DNA of 64,000 nucleotides from an uncultured Thalassospiraceae bacterium (lineage in GTDB: Bacteria > Pseudomonadota > Alphaproteobacteria > Rhodospirillales > 2-02-FULL-58-16). The notes beneath the pieces were generated by a model, which saw only the letters and a list, made by a program, of their open reading frames with translations, made no database searches and was not told the DNA's origin. Location of the stretch: positions 314 to 64,313 of the forward strand of contig CAZWEZ010000005.1 of NCBI GenBank assembly GCA_964632795.1, read 5' to 3'. Both the position numbers and the translations under genes were made by a program. How positions within the stretch are numbered: position 1 is the first letter of the stretch; every line of letters begins with the position of its first letter. This document shows, one piece after another, positions 40,301 to 49,165 of this stretch.

Positions 40301-40421
40301 CGGGAATATATTCAAGCCATCCTTTAATCACTTCCCGTTGTTCGTCAATCTTTCCGTAGTAGGCTTTATCTTTCTCTACGAGAAAGCGAAATAAGGCCGT
40401 GTCAGTGATCTCGCTAACCAT
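37317..40421 (-). CDS. 1034-aa HD-domain + GHKL (Hsp90/MORC/sacsin-like) ATPase protein with unassigned C-terminal half
   Basis: The HD signature is HTIGH (aa 49-53) plus LHD (aa 91-93, nt ~40143-40151). The Bergerat-fold boxes are ELIQNALD (nt 39264-39287), DDCGIGM (39066-39086) and SRFGVGF (38952-38972). There is a Lys/Arg-rich tail. GC is low: a hand count of line 38401-38460 gives 27/60, against 47/60 in nifJ line 36001-36060. Confidence 0.8.
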   Translation of the reverse strand: MVSEITDTALFRFLVEKDKAYYGKIDEQREVIKGWLEYIPETFPHYTRHTIGHSEAIITQLSHLLFPPDSLTPTVNLSSVEVYILIVAAYLHDSGMVASDEEKQKILESDGWKKWTGQDGGGTQRWREIKEMRDSDEPDNQVIRNFIADREVRFMIADFVRRRHHERAGDVISQHQSALGRFAYDDPQLERTIANVCIAHGLPPDGLDDRTRFPILTQIRGENVNTRLMAILLRLGDLLDMGTDRACPLLLNAACPLPDDSYAHWTKYRSISHRAVTPEKIEVNAECGNPEEHRVLRDWCQWIVNEVEAIPNLLADPSERKVWEPPVARMAGSDPTIKIVSAPDATYQIKDWRFQLDETEVMNRLIFDAYEDEKDFVRELIQNALDAMRCRMYEDLKEAGKPTPRSPTLVPAEVRERYRLRLSITGGSGETDGNGNGEEQRVLVIDDCGIGMDEQVISHHLLQIGLSYYTTEDFRQRYAFTPTSRFGVGFLSVFGVSNHVTVETFKPSSESGDNPVKLTLNGPRGYLVVEDGDRTEPGTRIEVLLRPDSALNSGQLTAYVRELCRRVEFTIEVDDFGQVCEITAERGEEFTFDVEDIRTKDCRFVLKSFPVVKKNQEWCGIEGDLYVLCHVDASGNEDWSKINNYIYYYKIDFPQVESPEIPKAMLYFHGVVMHLGGFVGYKGNKIHRIDIRDDTFRPPLSRRSIDYMHYTPRVQFDPSVVTDRWVDILSNHLSVTAIAKGQDGWAYKQRLSEIFDIEDFWVAQPKTVPIVRRGKRKLISLQQACEISVVVEILDSRQEGLHDLIFFESPKNLGKTDDRLFKAIEAAINPDDRLRMCEKFTKKLFSDRQIQKIEWIDEIYLAIYWQKQDHTSSIIRTKNNKPIYIAEKLPRSTTFAFKYSRVGLLEHVAIISLEHPVGGWIVKVITAFNDGDIPILASRIENLTSFVRDAICHTLTSLDSFNNYQHGWNEIPDLPNALKAPVTELTMADFGLISRFREKEASRLGLTMVDGHLTSKTKRPTRKKTRSSKPPNKK

Positions 40422-40609
40422 GGTTGGAACTCACGGAGCAATGATCGGGTTTAACATCCGCTGAGTAAGGTAGCCGATTGGTTGATAGTGTGACAAGCCC
40501 AACAGGCAGCGGAGCTAATTGAGCCGTTTGCCCGGGCCGCCGACCGTGTTGCCAGGCCCCGTCGATCCGGCCTACGCTGGATGCGGACTCAGCCGCGGGA
40601 GCCGACGAC

Positions 40610-42019
40610 ATGTCCGATCTCGAACTCGCCTACACGCCGGCCGCCGAGGTGGCCCGCATGATCCGCGATCGTGAGGTGTCGCCGGTCGAGGTGGTGAACA
40701 ACGCGCTTGAGCGCATAGACGAGGTAAACCCCGTCCTCAACTGCTTCTGCTTCACCTACCCCGAAGAGGCGCTGGAGAAGGCGCGGGTGGCGGAACGCGC
40801 GGTTAGCGCCGGGGGCGACCTCGGAGCGCTGCACGGGGTGCCGGTGGCGATCAAGGACTTCACGCCGACCAAGGGCAAGACCACGACCCTGGGCTCGCGT
40901 CTGTACCGGGACTGGGTGCCGGACTGGGACCCGGTCATCGTGCGGCGCCTGGAGGCGGCGGGGGCGATCATGCTCGGCAAGACGACGACCCCCGAATTCG
41001 CCCACTCCAGCTTCACCGAGAGCCCGCTGTGGGGGGTGACCCGCAACCCCTGGAACCGCGAGCGCACGCCGGGCGGCTCCTCGGGCGGCTCGGCGGGCGC
41101 CGTCGCCACCGGCTGCGTGGCGCTGGCCGAGGGCACCGACATGGGCGGCTCGGTGCGCATCCCGGCGGCGCTGAGCGGGATCGTCGGGCTCAAGCCCTCT
41201 CTCGGCCGCATCCCCATGGACATCGTCAAGACGGTTTATGATTCCATATCCCACTTCGGACCGCTGGCGCGCACCGTCGAAGACGCGGCACTGTTCCTCG
41301 ACGTGGTCCAGGGGCCGGACAACCGCGACATCCAGTCCCTGCCCCGCTGCGACATCCCCCGTCCGCTGTCGGGCGACGTCGCGAACCTGAGGTTGGCGCT
41401 GTCCATCGACCTCGGCTTCTACGCCGTCGATCCGGAAGTCGAGGCCAACACCAGGGCCGCGGCCGGGGCCCTGGTCGGGGCCGGGGCGACGCTCGAGGAG
41501 ATCGACCTCGGCTGGCGGCGCCAGATCAACGACGCCTGGTACGCCTACTGGGGGGTGTTCCTGGCCGCCTGCTTCGGCGACCACTTCGAGGCCCAGCGCG
41601 CCGAGATGGACGACGAGGTGGTCAGGTTGATCGAGGCCGGCCTGGCCATGGACGCCGTCGCCTTCAAGAAGCTGGAGTTCGTGCGCACCGAACACTGGCT
41701 CAAGCTGGCCGCGGTGCTCGACGACTTCGATGCCCTGCTGTGCCCGACCATGGCCCTACCGGCCCCGGAGATCGGCGGCGCCGACAGCCTCTACGAAGGG
41801 GAGGACGAGGAGGGCCGCTACCACGGGCTGGACATGACCTGCGGGTTCAACTTCACCGCCCAGTGCCCGGCCTTCTCGGTGCCTTCGGGGTTCACCGCCG
41901 CCGGCCTGCCGACGGGGTTGCAGATCGTCGGCCGGCGGTTCGACGACCCGGGGGTGCTCAACATCGGCGCGGCGCTGCAGAAAGCCCGCCCGTGGACCGC
42001 CAGGCGGCCCGAAATCTAG
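40610..42019 (+). CDS. Amidase (amidase-signature family), second copy
   Basis: The motif is [45 protein letters not shown]. The product is 469 aa with GC typical of the host. Confidence 0.9.
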   Translation: MSDLELAYTPAAEVARMIRDREVSPVEVVNNALERIDEVNPVLNCFCFTYPEEALEKARVAERAVSAGGDLGALHGVPVAIKDFTPTKGKTTTLGSRLYRDWVPDWDPVIVRRLEAAGAIMLGKTTTPEFAHSSFTESPLWGVTRNPWNRERTPGGSSGGSAGAVATGCVALAEGTDMGGSVRIPAALSGIVGLKPSLGRIPMDIVKTVYDSISHFGPLARTVEDAALFLDVVQGPDNRDIQSLPRCDIPRPLSGDVANLRLALSIDLGFYAVDPEVEANTRAAAGALVGAGATLEEIDLGWRRQINDAWYAYWGVFLAACFGDHFEAQRAEMDDEVVRLIEAGLAMDAVAFKKLEFVRTEHWLKLAAVLDDFDALLCPTMALPAPEIGGADSLYEGEDEEGRYHGLDMTCGFNFTAQCPAFSVPSGFTAAGLPTGLQIVGRRFDDPGVLNIGAALQKARPWTARRPEI

Positions 42020-42044
42020 TAGCCGGCGTCGAGATAAATCCTCC

Positions 42045-43238
42045 TTGAACGGGACTCGCCGATTCGCCACTATCGATTCGGCGCACGCCAACGGTTATCG
42101 ACAACATGTGCGTCACGCCAGGGTGGTGGGGAACGTGAGCGGAGATAATCGGGCGATCGATATCGTTGGGATTACCAAGGTCTTCGGTGAAGGGACCGCC
42201 CACGCCGTCACCGCGCTCGACGACGTAAGCCTGCAAATCCGCGACAACGAGTTCTTCACCCTGCTCGGCCCCTCGGGGTGCGGCAAGACCACGCTGTTGC
42301 GCCTGATCGCCGGTTTCGAGCAACCGAGCCGGGGCAAGGTGATGCTGTTCGGCGAACACCTGGAGGGCCTGCCGCCCAACAAGCGTCCGGTCAACACGGT
42401 GTTCCAGCACTACTCGCTGTTCCCCCACATGACGGTGGCCCAGAACGTCGCCTTCGGGCTCAAGATGCTAAGGCTGGACAAGACCGAGATCGAGCGCGTC
42501 GTCGCCGACATGCTGGACCTCGTCCGGATGAGCCACCTCGGCGGACGTAAGCCGGACCAGCTCTCCGGCGGTCAGCAGCAGCGGGTCGCCCTGGCCCGGG
42601 CGCTGGCCACCCAGCCCAAGGTGCTGTTGCTGGACGAGCCGCTGTCGGCGCTCGACCGCAAGCTGCGCCAGGACATGCGCATCGAGCTCAAGAACCTCCA
42701 GCGCGAGACCGGGATCACCTTCATCTTCGTCACCCACGACCAGGAAGAGGCGCTGACCATGTCCGACCGCATCGCGGTGATCTCCGAGGGTGCGGTTCAG
42801 CAGGTCGGCGATCCCCACGAGGTCTACGAGCGCCCGGCCAAGCATTTCGTCGCCGGCTTCATCGGCGAGATCAACTTCCTCGAGGCGACGGTGGCCGCGA
42901 TCGAGGGCGGGGAGGCCCTGTGCCGGCTCGACTTCGGGGCCGAAATCCGGGTCGCCCGGGTCGGCGAGGTGGCGGAAGGCGACCGGGCCAGCCTGGCGCT
43001 GAGGCCCGAGAAGATCATCCTCGAAAGACCCGGCGCCGACGGCTCGGGAACGGTGCCGGGACGAATCGAGACCTGCGTCTACCTGGGTACCGACACCACT
43101 TACCACGTGGCCGTCGACAACGACTCCCGGCTCATGGTCCGCGGCCAGAACGACCTCGCCGGGCGAGCCCAGTTCGCGGCCGGTGACGAGGTGACATTGA
43201 GGATCGTCCCCGGGGCGGCACGGATGTTGGTGGACTGA
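42045..43238 (+). CDS. potA: Polyamine ABC transporter ATP-binding protein
   Basis: It has Walker A GPSGCGKTT, the signature LSGGQQQRVALARAL and Walker B LLLDEPLSALD. The true start may be GTG 42135. Confidence 0.9.
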   Translation: MNGTRRFATIDSAHANGYRQHVRHARVVGNVSGDNRAIDIVGITKVFGEGTAHAVTALDDVSLQIRDNEFFTLLGPSGCGKTTLLRLIAGFEQPSRGKVMLFGEHLEGLPPNKRPVNTVFQHYSLFPHMTVAQNVAFGLKMLRLDKTEIERVVADMLDLVRMSHLGGRKPDQLSGGQQQRVALARALATQPKVLLLDEPLSALDRKLRQDMRIELKNLQRETGITFIFVTHDQEEALTMSDRIAVISEGAVQQVGDPHEVYERPAKHFVAGFIGEINFLEATVAAIEGGEALCRLDFGAEIRVARVGEVAEGDRASLALRPEKIILERPGADGSGTVPGRIETCVYLGTDTTYHVAVDNDSRLMVRGQNDLAGRAQFAAGDEVTLRIVPGAARMLVD

Positions 43239-44137
43239 TGGACCGAACCGGATCCTCGACCGTTCTTCGCAAGGGACTGCTGCTGAGCCCGGCGGTGCTG
43301 ACCATCGGCGGTTTCCTGATCGCGCCGCTGTTCATCATCCTGGTCTATTCGTTCCTGACCCCGGGGACCTACGGCGGTGTGATATGGGAAGGCACCTTCG
43401 ACGCCTACATCCAGTTCCTGTTCGAGCGCGACCTCTTCGACGAGTCGCTGGTCTTCTCGACCGCCTACCTGGAGATTTACAGCCGCTCGTTCGTCCAGGC
43501 CCTGGTGGCGACGGTGGTCTGTTTCCTGATCGGCTTCCCGACCGCCTATTTCATCGCCACCCGGCCCGCGGCCCAGAGGAACATGTGGATTCTGCTGATC
43601 ACCGTGCCCTACTGGGTCAACCTGCTGATCCGGACCATCGCCATGCTGTTCCTGATCCGCGACAAGGGGCCGCTCAACCACGCCCTGATCTCCATGGGCC
43701 TCATCGAGACGCCGATCCATATCGCCTACACCAACTTCGGGGTTGGCATCGGGCTGGTCTACAGTTACCTGCCGTTCATGGTGCTGCCGTTGTACGCCAC
43801 CATCGAACGCTTCGATTTCCGCCTCGTCGAGGCGGCCTACGATCTCTACGCCGACCGCTGGACGGTGCTGGGCCGGATCATCCTCCCGGTGTGCCTGCCC
43901 GGCGTCGTCGCCGGATCGCTGTTGGTGTTCATCCCCAGCCTCGGCGCCTTCATCGCGCCCGACCTCCTGGGGGGCGGGCGGAACCTGATGATCGGCAACC
44001 TGATAGCACTCCAGTTCCAGGGCTCGCGCAACTGGCCGTTCGGCTCGGCGGCGGCGATGATCCTGATGAGCGTCGTCATGGTGGCGCTGATCGTCTACAC
44101 CCGCCAGCAGTTGAAGTCCAAGGTCCGGGCCCACTGA
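43238..44137 (+). CDS. potB: Polyamine ABC transporter permease
   Basis: ATG overlaps the potA stop (TGATG at 43236-43240). It is a six-TM BPD-type permease. Confidence 0.85.
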   Translation: MDRTGSSTVLRKGLLLSPAVLTIGGFLIAPLFIILVYSFLTPGTYGGVIWEGTFDAYIQFLFERDLFDESLVFSTAYLEIYSRSFVQALVATVVCFLIGFPTAYFIATRPAAQRNMWILLITVPYWVNLLIRTIAMLFLIRDKGPLNHALISMGLIETPIHIAYTNFGVGIGLVYSYLPFMVLPLYATIERFDFRLVEAAYDLYADRWTVLGRIILPVCLPGVVAGSLLVFIPSLGAFIAPDLLGGGRNLMIGNLIALQFQGSRNWPFGSAAAMILMSVVMVALIVYTRQQLKSKVRAH

Positions 44138-44145
44138 GGGAAACC

Positions 44146-44952
44146 ATGAGCAAGACGGCGTCGGAGAAACACGACCTGAGGCGCTATCCCGGTTTCCGGG
44201 GGATCACCTGGGCGTGCATGGTCTTCCTCTACGGGCCGATCATCGTCATCGCCGTTTACTCGTTCAACGAGATCCGCTCGATCACGGTGTGGGGCGGGTT
44301 CAGCCTGGACTGGTACATCAAGGCGTTCAACAACGCCCTCATCCAGCGCGCCACCATGAACTCGCTGATCATCGCCGTCTCGGCGGCGACCATCGCCACC
44401 TTGTTCGCGACCTCCGCCGCGCTGGCCCTGCGGGGCCGCAGGTTCCGGGGCAAGGAGGCCGCCTTCGGGGTCATCAACCTGCCGCTGATCGTGCCCGAGA
44501 TCGTCTCGGCGATCGCCTCGCTGGTGTTCTTCGTGCTGGTCGGGATTCCACTCGGGCTGGGCAGCATCATGCTCGCCCACACGGTGTTCTGCATCCCCTT
44601 CGCCTTCCTGCCGATCAACGCCCGCCTGGAAGGCATCGAGGCCCACTACGAGGAAGCCGCGCGCGACCTCTACGCCGACGGCTGGCAGGCCTTCCGTCAC
44701 GTCATATTGCCGATGATGATGCCCGGCATCCTGGCCGGGTTCATGCTCGCCTTCATCATCTCGCTGGACGACTTCATCATCACCAACTTCGTCGCCGGCC
44801 CCGGGTCGACGACGTTGCCGCTAGCCATCTACGGGTTGGTCCGCACCGGCCTCACTCCGGAGATCAACGCCATCTCGACGATGCTGTTGGGGATTTCGAT
44901 CTTCTTCGTTACACTGTCCTTCCTGATCGGGCGTAGACAATCCAGGGGTTGA
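44146..44952 (+). CDS. potC: Polyamine ABC transporter permease
   Basis: The start is MSKTASEKHDLRRYPGFRGITWACMVFLYGPIIV at ATG 44146. It is a BPD-type permease. Confidence 0.85.
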   Translation: MSKTASEKHDLRRYPGFRGITWACMVFLYGPIIVIAVYSFNEIRSITVWGGFSLDWYIKAFNNALIQRATMNSLIIAVSAATIATLFATSAALALRGRRFRGKEAAFGVINLPLIVPEIVSAIASLVFFVLVGIPLGLGSIMLAHTVFCIPFAFLPINARLEGIEAHYEEAARDLYADGWQAFRHVILPMMMPGILAGFMLAFIISLDDFIITNFVAGPGSTTLPLAIYGLVRTGLTPEINAISTMLLGISIFFVTLSFLIGRRQSRG

Positions 44953-44997
44953 TAATAGCAACCGATTTCAACAACTGGGAAAGACTAAGGAGGAGAC

Positions 44998-46035
44998 ATG
45001 AAATCCAGGATAACGGCCGTTTTAACGGCATTGATCTGGGGGGTGCTGGTGCTGTCGGCTCCCGCCCAGGCGGCGGGCAAGCTGAACATCTATAACTGGT
45101 TCGACTATCTGCCCCAGGAACTGATCGACAAGTTCACCGCCGAGTACGACGTCGAAGTCACCATGGACACCTACGACTCCAACGAATCCCTGCTGGCCCG
45201 CTTGAAGGCCGGCGTCACCGGTTACGACATCGGCGTGCCGGGCGACTACATGGTGGCGATTCTGATCAAGGAAGGGATGCTCGAGAAGATCCACGCCAAC
45301 AAGTTGGAGAACTTCAAGAACATGGTTCCCAAGTGGATCGATGTCTATTTCGATCCCGGCCGCGAGTATTCTGTGCCCTACCAGTGGGGAACGACCAGCT
45401 TCATGGTCGATACCGAGACCTACTCGGGCGACATCGACACCCTGGCCATCCTGTTCGATCCGCCGGCCAAGTTGCAGGGTAAGATCAACATGCTCAAGGA
45501 CGTCAACGACGTCCTCAACGCGGGCCTGCGCTATCTCGGCTTCCCGCGCTGCAACGACAACCCCGAGCAGTTGAAGAAGCTCAACGACCTGATGGTCAAC
45601 GCCAAGAAGCACTGGATCAGCTTCAACTCCGACGGCGCCAAGGAAGTGCTGGTGTCGGGTGACGCCGCGGCCGGCATGATCTGGAACGGCTTCGGGATGC
45701 GGGCGCGGATGGAGAAGGGCTCGCTCAAGTACGCCTACGCCAAGGAAGGGATCACCGCCTGGATGGACAACCTGGTGGTGTTCAAGGGGGCGCCGAACGT
45801 CGAAAACGCCAAGAAGTTCCTCAACTTCATGATGATCCCCGAGAACGCCGCGGCGCTGACCAACTTCGCGCGCTACACCGCCGGCGTGGAGGGAACCGGG
45901 CCATTTCTTGATTCAGAGCTCAAATCGGCTCCCGAAGTGAACCCGCCAGAGGGCGTGAACATGGAGTTCGTGCCGCCGTGCCCGGACAAGGTGATCCGGA
46001 AGTACGACCGGATCTGGACCAACCTTCTGAAGTAA
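44998..46035 (+). CDS. potD: Polyamine (spermidine/putrescine-type) periplasmic binding protein
   Basis: GGAGGAGAC precedes ATG 44998. A signal peptide is present. LNIYNWFDYLPQELIDKFTAEYDVEV is typical of PotD/PotF. Confidence 0.85.
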   Translation: MKSRITAVLTALIWGVLVLSAPAQAAGKLNIYNWFDYLPQELIDKFTAEYDVEVTMDTYDSNESLLARLKAGVTGYDIGVPGDYMVAILIKEGMLEKIHANKLENFKNMVPKWIDVYFDPGREYSVPYQWGTTSFMVDTETYSGDIDTLAILFDPPAKLQGKINMLKDVNDVLNAGLRYLGFPRCNDNPEQLKKLNDLMVNAKKHWISFNSDGAKEVLVSGDAAAGMIWNGFGMRARMEKGSLKYAYAKEGITAWMDNLVVFKGAPNVENAKKFLNFMMIPENAAALTNFARYTAGVEGTGPFLDSELKSAPEVNPPEGVNMEFVPPCPDKVIRKYDRIWTNLLK

Positions 46036-46048
46036 TCGTCGAAGGCGT

Positions 46049-46072
46049 GGGGGCGGCGGCTTAGCCGCCCCC
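46049..46072 (+). terminator. GC hairpin after potD (terminator-like, no U-tract)
   Basis: A perfect 9-bp stem pairs gggggcggc (46049-46057) with gccgccccc (46064-46072) around a 6-nt loop. Confidence 0.35.
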
Positions 46073-46111
46073 TACTCCGGCGAGAGAACGCGGTCTGAAC
46101 CGCGAAGGAAG

Positions 46112-47149
46112 ATGTGCGCCGTGTTGACCATCTATACCGACGACCATCGCCACCAGGACGGGACCTTCGAGTTGATCGACGGCAAGCTGGTCCCGCCCTT
46201 CGAATGCCCCAAGCGGGCCGACACGATCGTTGCCCGGGTCCGCGAGGTCGGTCTCGGCGAGGTCGAGGACCCGAAGGACTTCGGACTCGAACCGATCCTC
46301 GGCGTTCACAGCGCCCAGTTCGTCGAGTTCCTGAGCACCGCCCACGCCGATTGGCGCAAAGTCCACGGCGATTGCGACGCCCTGCCGCTCAACTGGCCGT
46401 GCCGGGGTTTTCGCCAGATCGAGCCGGAATCCATCGACGGCCGGCTGTCCTTCTACTCGTTCGACGCCGGCACGCCGATCACGTCCGGCACCTGGACGGC
46501 GATCACCGGGGCGGTCAACGTGGCGTTGACCGGGCTCGAACACCTCAACGGCGGGATGCGGACGGTGTTCGCGCTGTGCCGGCCGCCGGGCCACCACGCG
46601 GCGCGCGACCTTTATGCCGGTTACTGCTTCTTCAACAACGCGGCAATCGCCGCCCAGGCGGCGCGCGACGGGGGCGCGGGCAAGGTCGCCATTTTGGATG
46701 TGGACTACCACCACGGCAACGGCACCCAGATGATCTTCTACGACCGCGCTGACGTGTTCTATGCCTCGCTGCACGGCCACCCGGCCCAGGAGTACCCGTT
46801 CTTCCTCGGCTACCAGGACGAGACCGGCGAAGGTCCGGGCGAGAGCGCCAATGTCAACTACCCCATGCGCTGGGGGACCGACTGGTCGACCTATGGCAAC
46901 GCTCTCAACGACGCCATCGCCCGCATCCGCGACTACGCGCCCGATATCTTGGTGGTGTCGCTCGGCGTCGACACCTTCGAGAAGGACCCGATCTCCTGCT
47001 TCAAGCTCAAGAGCGACGAGTTCATCGAAATGGGCCGCCGCATCGCCACTCTGAACCTTCCGACCCTGTTCGTCATGGAGGGTGGCTACGCGGTCGAGGA
47101 AGTCGGCGTCAACGCGGTCAACGTGCTGACCGGGTTCGAGGGCGCCTAG
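46112..47149 (+). CDS. Histone-deacetylase-family enzyme (acetylpolyamine amidohydrolase-like)
   Basis: Motifs are RPPGHHA, DVDYHHGNGTQ and VSLGVDTFEKDP. GTG 46121 is an alternative start. Confidence 0.85.
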   Translation: MCAVLTIYTDDHRHQDGTFELIDGKLVPPFECPKRADTIVARVREVGLGEVEDPKDFGLEPILGVHSAQFVEFLSTAHADWRKVHGDCDALPLNWPCRGFRQIEPESIDGRLSFYSFDAGTPITSGTWTAITGAVNVALTGLEHLNGGMRTVFALCRPPGHHAARDLYAGYCFFNNAAIAAQAARDGGAGKVAILDVDYHHGNGTQMIFYDRADVFYASLHGHPAQEYPFFLGYQDETGEGPGESANVNYPMRWGTDWSTYGNALNDAIARIRDYAPDILVVSLGVDTFEKDPISCFKLKSDEFIEMGRRIATLNLPTLFVMEGGYAVEEVGVNAVNVLTGFEGA

Positions 47150-47194
47150 TACTGACTTTCATAATTCCTCGCCCCATGTGACCGCTGTTGATGC

Positions 47195-47277
47195 TGTGGA
47201 CGGCTCCCACCACCGGCATCGCGATGTGCCACACTGCGGGATCTGTTAAAGAACCGCTAGAATGGGAGCCGTCCACA
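47195..47277. repeat. Perfect 15-bp inverted repeat separated by 53 nt
   Basis: tgtggacggctccca (47195-47209) pairs with tgggagccgtccaca (47263-47277). It lies in the intergenic region between the deacetylase-like gene and a LysR remnant. Confidence 0.6.
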
Positions 47278-47341
47278 CATGGCTACAAGCATACCTCTCC
47301 GAGCCAAGCCCGATCCTCCTTGATGGGGGGACGTCCCGAAT

Positions 47342-47690
47342 TTACAGTCCGTCCTCGGCGATGCGGCGGATCAGGAAGTCGCGGAAGACGCCGATCCGCT
47401 CGGAATGGAGCAGTTCCTCGGGGTAGACGAAGAAGGCGTCGAAGCTGGGCCCGGGCAGCTCGGGCAGAACCTCCACCAGGTTGCCCGATTCGTGGCTCAT
47501 GTAGTCGGGCAGGCCGCCGATGCCGAGCCCGCTCTGGACCGCCCGGAAGATGCCATAGATGCTGTTGACCTTGAGCACCGCGCGGCGCCGGGCGCCCGAC
47601 TTGACGCCGGCCTCGAAAGTGAAATCGTGGATGCCGACCCGCCTGCTGCAGGAAAGCGGCCAGTGCGGGTGAGGACCTCTCAGCCGACCC
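47342..47690 (-). pseudogene. LysR-family regulator remnant (C-terminal ~115 codons only)
   Basis: The frame reads ...VGIHDFTFEAGVKSGARRRAVLKVNSIYGIFRAVQSGLGIGGLPDYM...LVEVLPELP...FFVYPEEL. This is the typical C-terminal effector-domain end of a LysR regulator. No HTH-encoding 5' part exists; the frame runs into the 3' end of the 47680..48396 gene. Confidence 0.6.
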
Positions 47691-48396
47691 TGCCGGGATA
47701 GAGGACGTACAGCATCGCGTAGGTGAGGCTTCCGGTCACGAACAAGGCACCGTAGATCCAGAGGGTGAGGCGGCCCAGAACCCTATGTCGCCGCGCGCCG
47801 CTCGGCCAGACGCGCTGGATCACGACCTCGAGCGCGAACACGAGGGCGATCACAAGCAGGAGGCCGAGGTAGACGGCAAGTTTCCGCAGGGAGAACTCCG
47901 AGCCGATCGTCCGGACCGCGAACAGCAGAACCACCGCGGCGGCGATCCACCCGAAACGCAGCGCTATCCGGGCCCACGACGCGACCAGGGGACCCTCCCG
48001 CAGAAAGCGCCGCCCCGCGGACAGGCCCTGCGCCCGAAATCCAAGAACGATCATGTACACCGCCATGACCAGCCCCAGGATCACCAGGCCGATGTGAACG
48101 CTCAAGAGCGGCACGAACAGGCGTTCGTACAGCTCTTGGGGTCCGCCGAAGCCCTCCTTGCCTTCGAGCGCCAGCACGCCCAACTGGCGGAACAAGTAAT
48201 AGCTGGTGAAAAACGCGATCATGGCCAGCATGCCGCCGAGCATCAGCCAGTGATGGCGGTGTCCCTGATGGCGCCGCGCCTGGAACCATCCGATGACGAA
48301 CAGCGCCGGGAACAGCGTCGCCATGATCTGACTGAGATCCGCCCCGATCATGGCGTGGGTCCCGAACAACCCCGGTTCCTTGAGCCACTCCGCCAT
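47680..48396 (-). CDS. Polytopic membrane protein (DUF420-like by recollection)
   Basis: A 238-aa product with ~6 TM helices and conserved-looking His residues (RRHQGHRHHWLMLGGM, LLSVHIGLV). The family assignment is tentative. Confidence 0.5.
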   Translation of the reverse strand: MAEWLKEPGLFGTHAMIGADLSQIMATLFPALFVIGWFQARRHQGHRHHWLMLGGMLAMIAFFTSYYLFRQLGVLALEGKEGFGGPQELYERLFVPLLSVHIGLVILGLVMAVYMIVLGFRAQGLSAGRRFLREGPLVASWARIALRFGWIAAAVVLLFAVRTIGSEFSLRKLAVYLGLLLVIALVFALEVVIQRVWPSGARRHRVLGRLTLWIYGALFVTGSLTYAMLYVLYPGRVG

Positions 48397-48554
48397 CTGC
48401 GCCTGCTCTATTCGCCGCGTTGCGTGTCTCGGGGCCTGGACCCGAAGGGATATCTACCGCCTCTCCCCATGGGATGACGCTACACCGCCTCGTCAGAAAG
48501 AAGAAGCCCCGCCGCTGGTTGGTCAGCTATGGTGCTGGCAGCGGACGTAACGGC

Positions 48555-48586
48555 GGGGTGGGCTGAACCGCCGCTGATAGCCAACA
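48555..48586 (+). repeat. Direct repeat copy 1 (ggggtgggctgaaccgccgctgatagccaaca)
   Basis: It matches 49491-49523 in 28 of 33 aligned columns. The core gaaccgccgctga[t/c]agccaa is 19/20 identical. Confidence 0.4.
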
Positions 48587-48760
48587 GGAGAAGTTTGCGA
48601 TGCCGGTGGAGGAAGCTGTCTGGAGCATGGTTGATACGTCACGTTTCAGCTGAGGCTCAAGGTTTCTGGCGTAGATCTCCGTCCACGCAACATATCCAGT
48701 TGTAAATTGGTCACATATCAGTTATTGTGGTTGAATAAGTGGACAATTGGGATGTTTGTC

Positions 48761-49165
48761 ATGAGTTCGAGTTGGTTGAAGGGACGTTTCTGTTACTCGC
48801 TGTCTGTCGCTCTTGCGGCGGTAGCTGCCCTGGTCATGGTTACAACTACGGAATTGGCTGCCGCTGAATGGCAAACTGCCGATGAAATCCGCGCTCAGCT
48901 TATCGGTAATGGCGCCAAGCTGAAGGGATACGAAGATGGAGTCTGGTGGATTGAAGAGTATATGGAGGACGGCGAAATCAAAGGGATGTGGGGCACCGAC
49001 CTTTACAAGGGTAAATGGTCGTTCGACGGCGATTTGATGTGCTTCGACTATAAAGGCACCGTAGATGACGAATGCTGGTACCTCGCCATCGATGGCAAAA
49101 AGGTGATGTGGTGGGATCCCGACGGTAAGTTCGCCCCCCCCGTCGACAAATACCTGGCGCCCTGA
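48761..49165 (+). CDS. Small secreted hypothetical protein
   Basis: The signal peptide is MSSSWLKGRFCYSLSVALAAVAALVMVTTTELAAAEW. The mature part is Trp/Asp/Gly-rich and the gene is low in GC. Alternative starts are 48707 and 48752. Confidence 0.5.
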   Translation: MSSSWLKGRFCYSLSVALAAVAALVMVTTTELAAAEWQTADEIRAQLIGNGAKLKGYEDGVWWIEEYMEDGEIKGMWGTDLYKGKWSFDGDLMCFDYKGTVDDECWYLAIDGKKVMWWDPDGKFAPPVDKYLAP

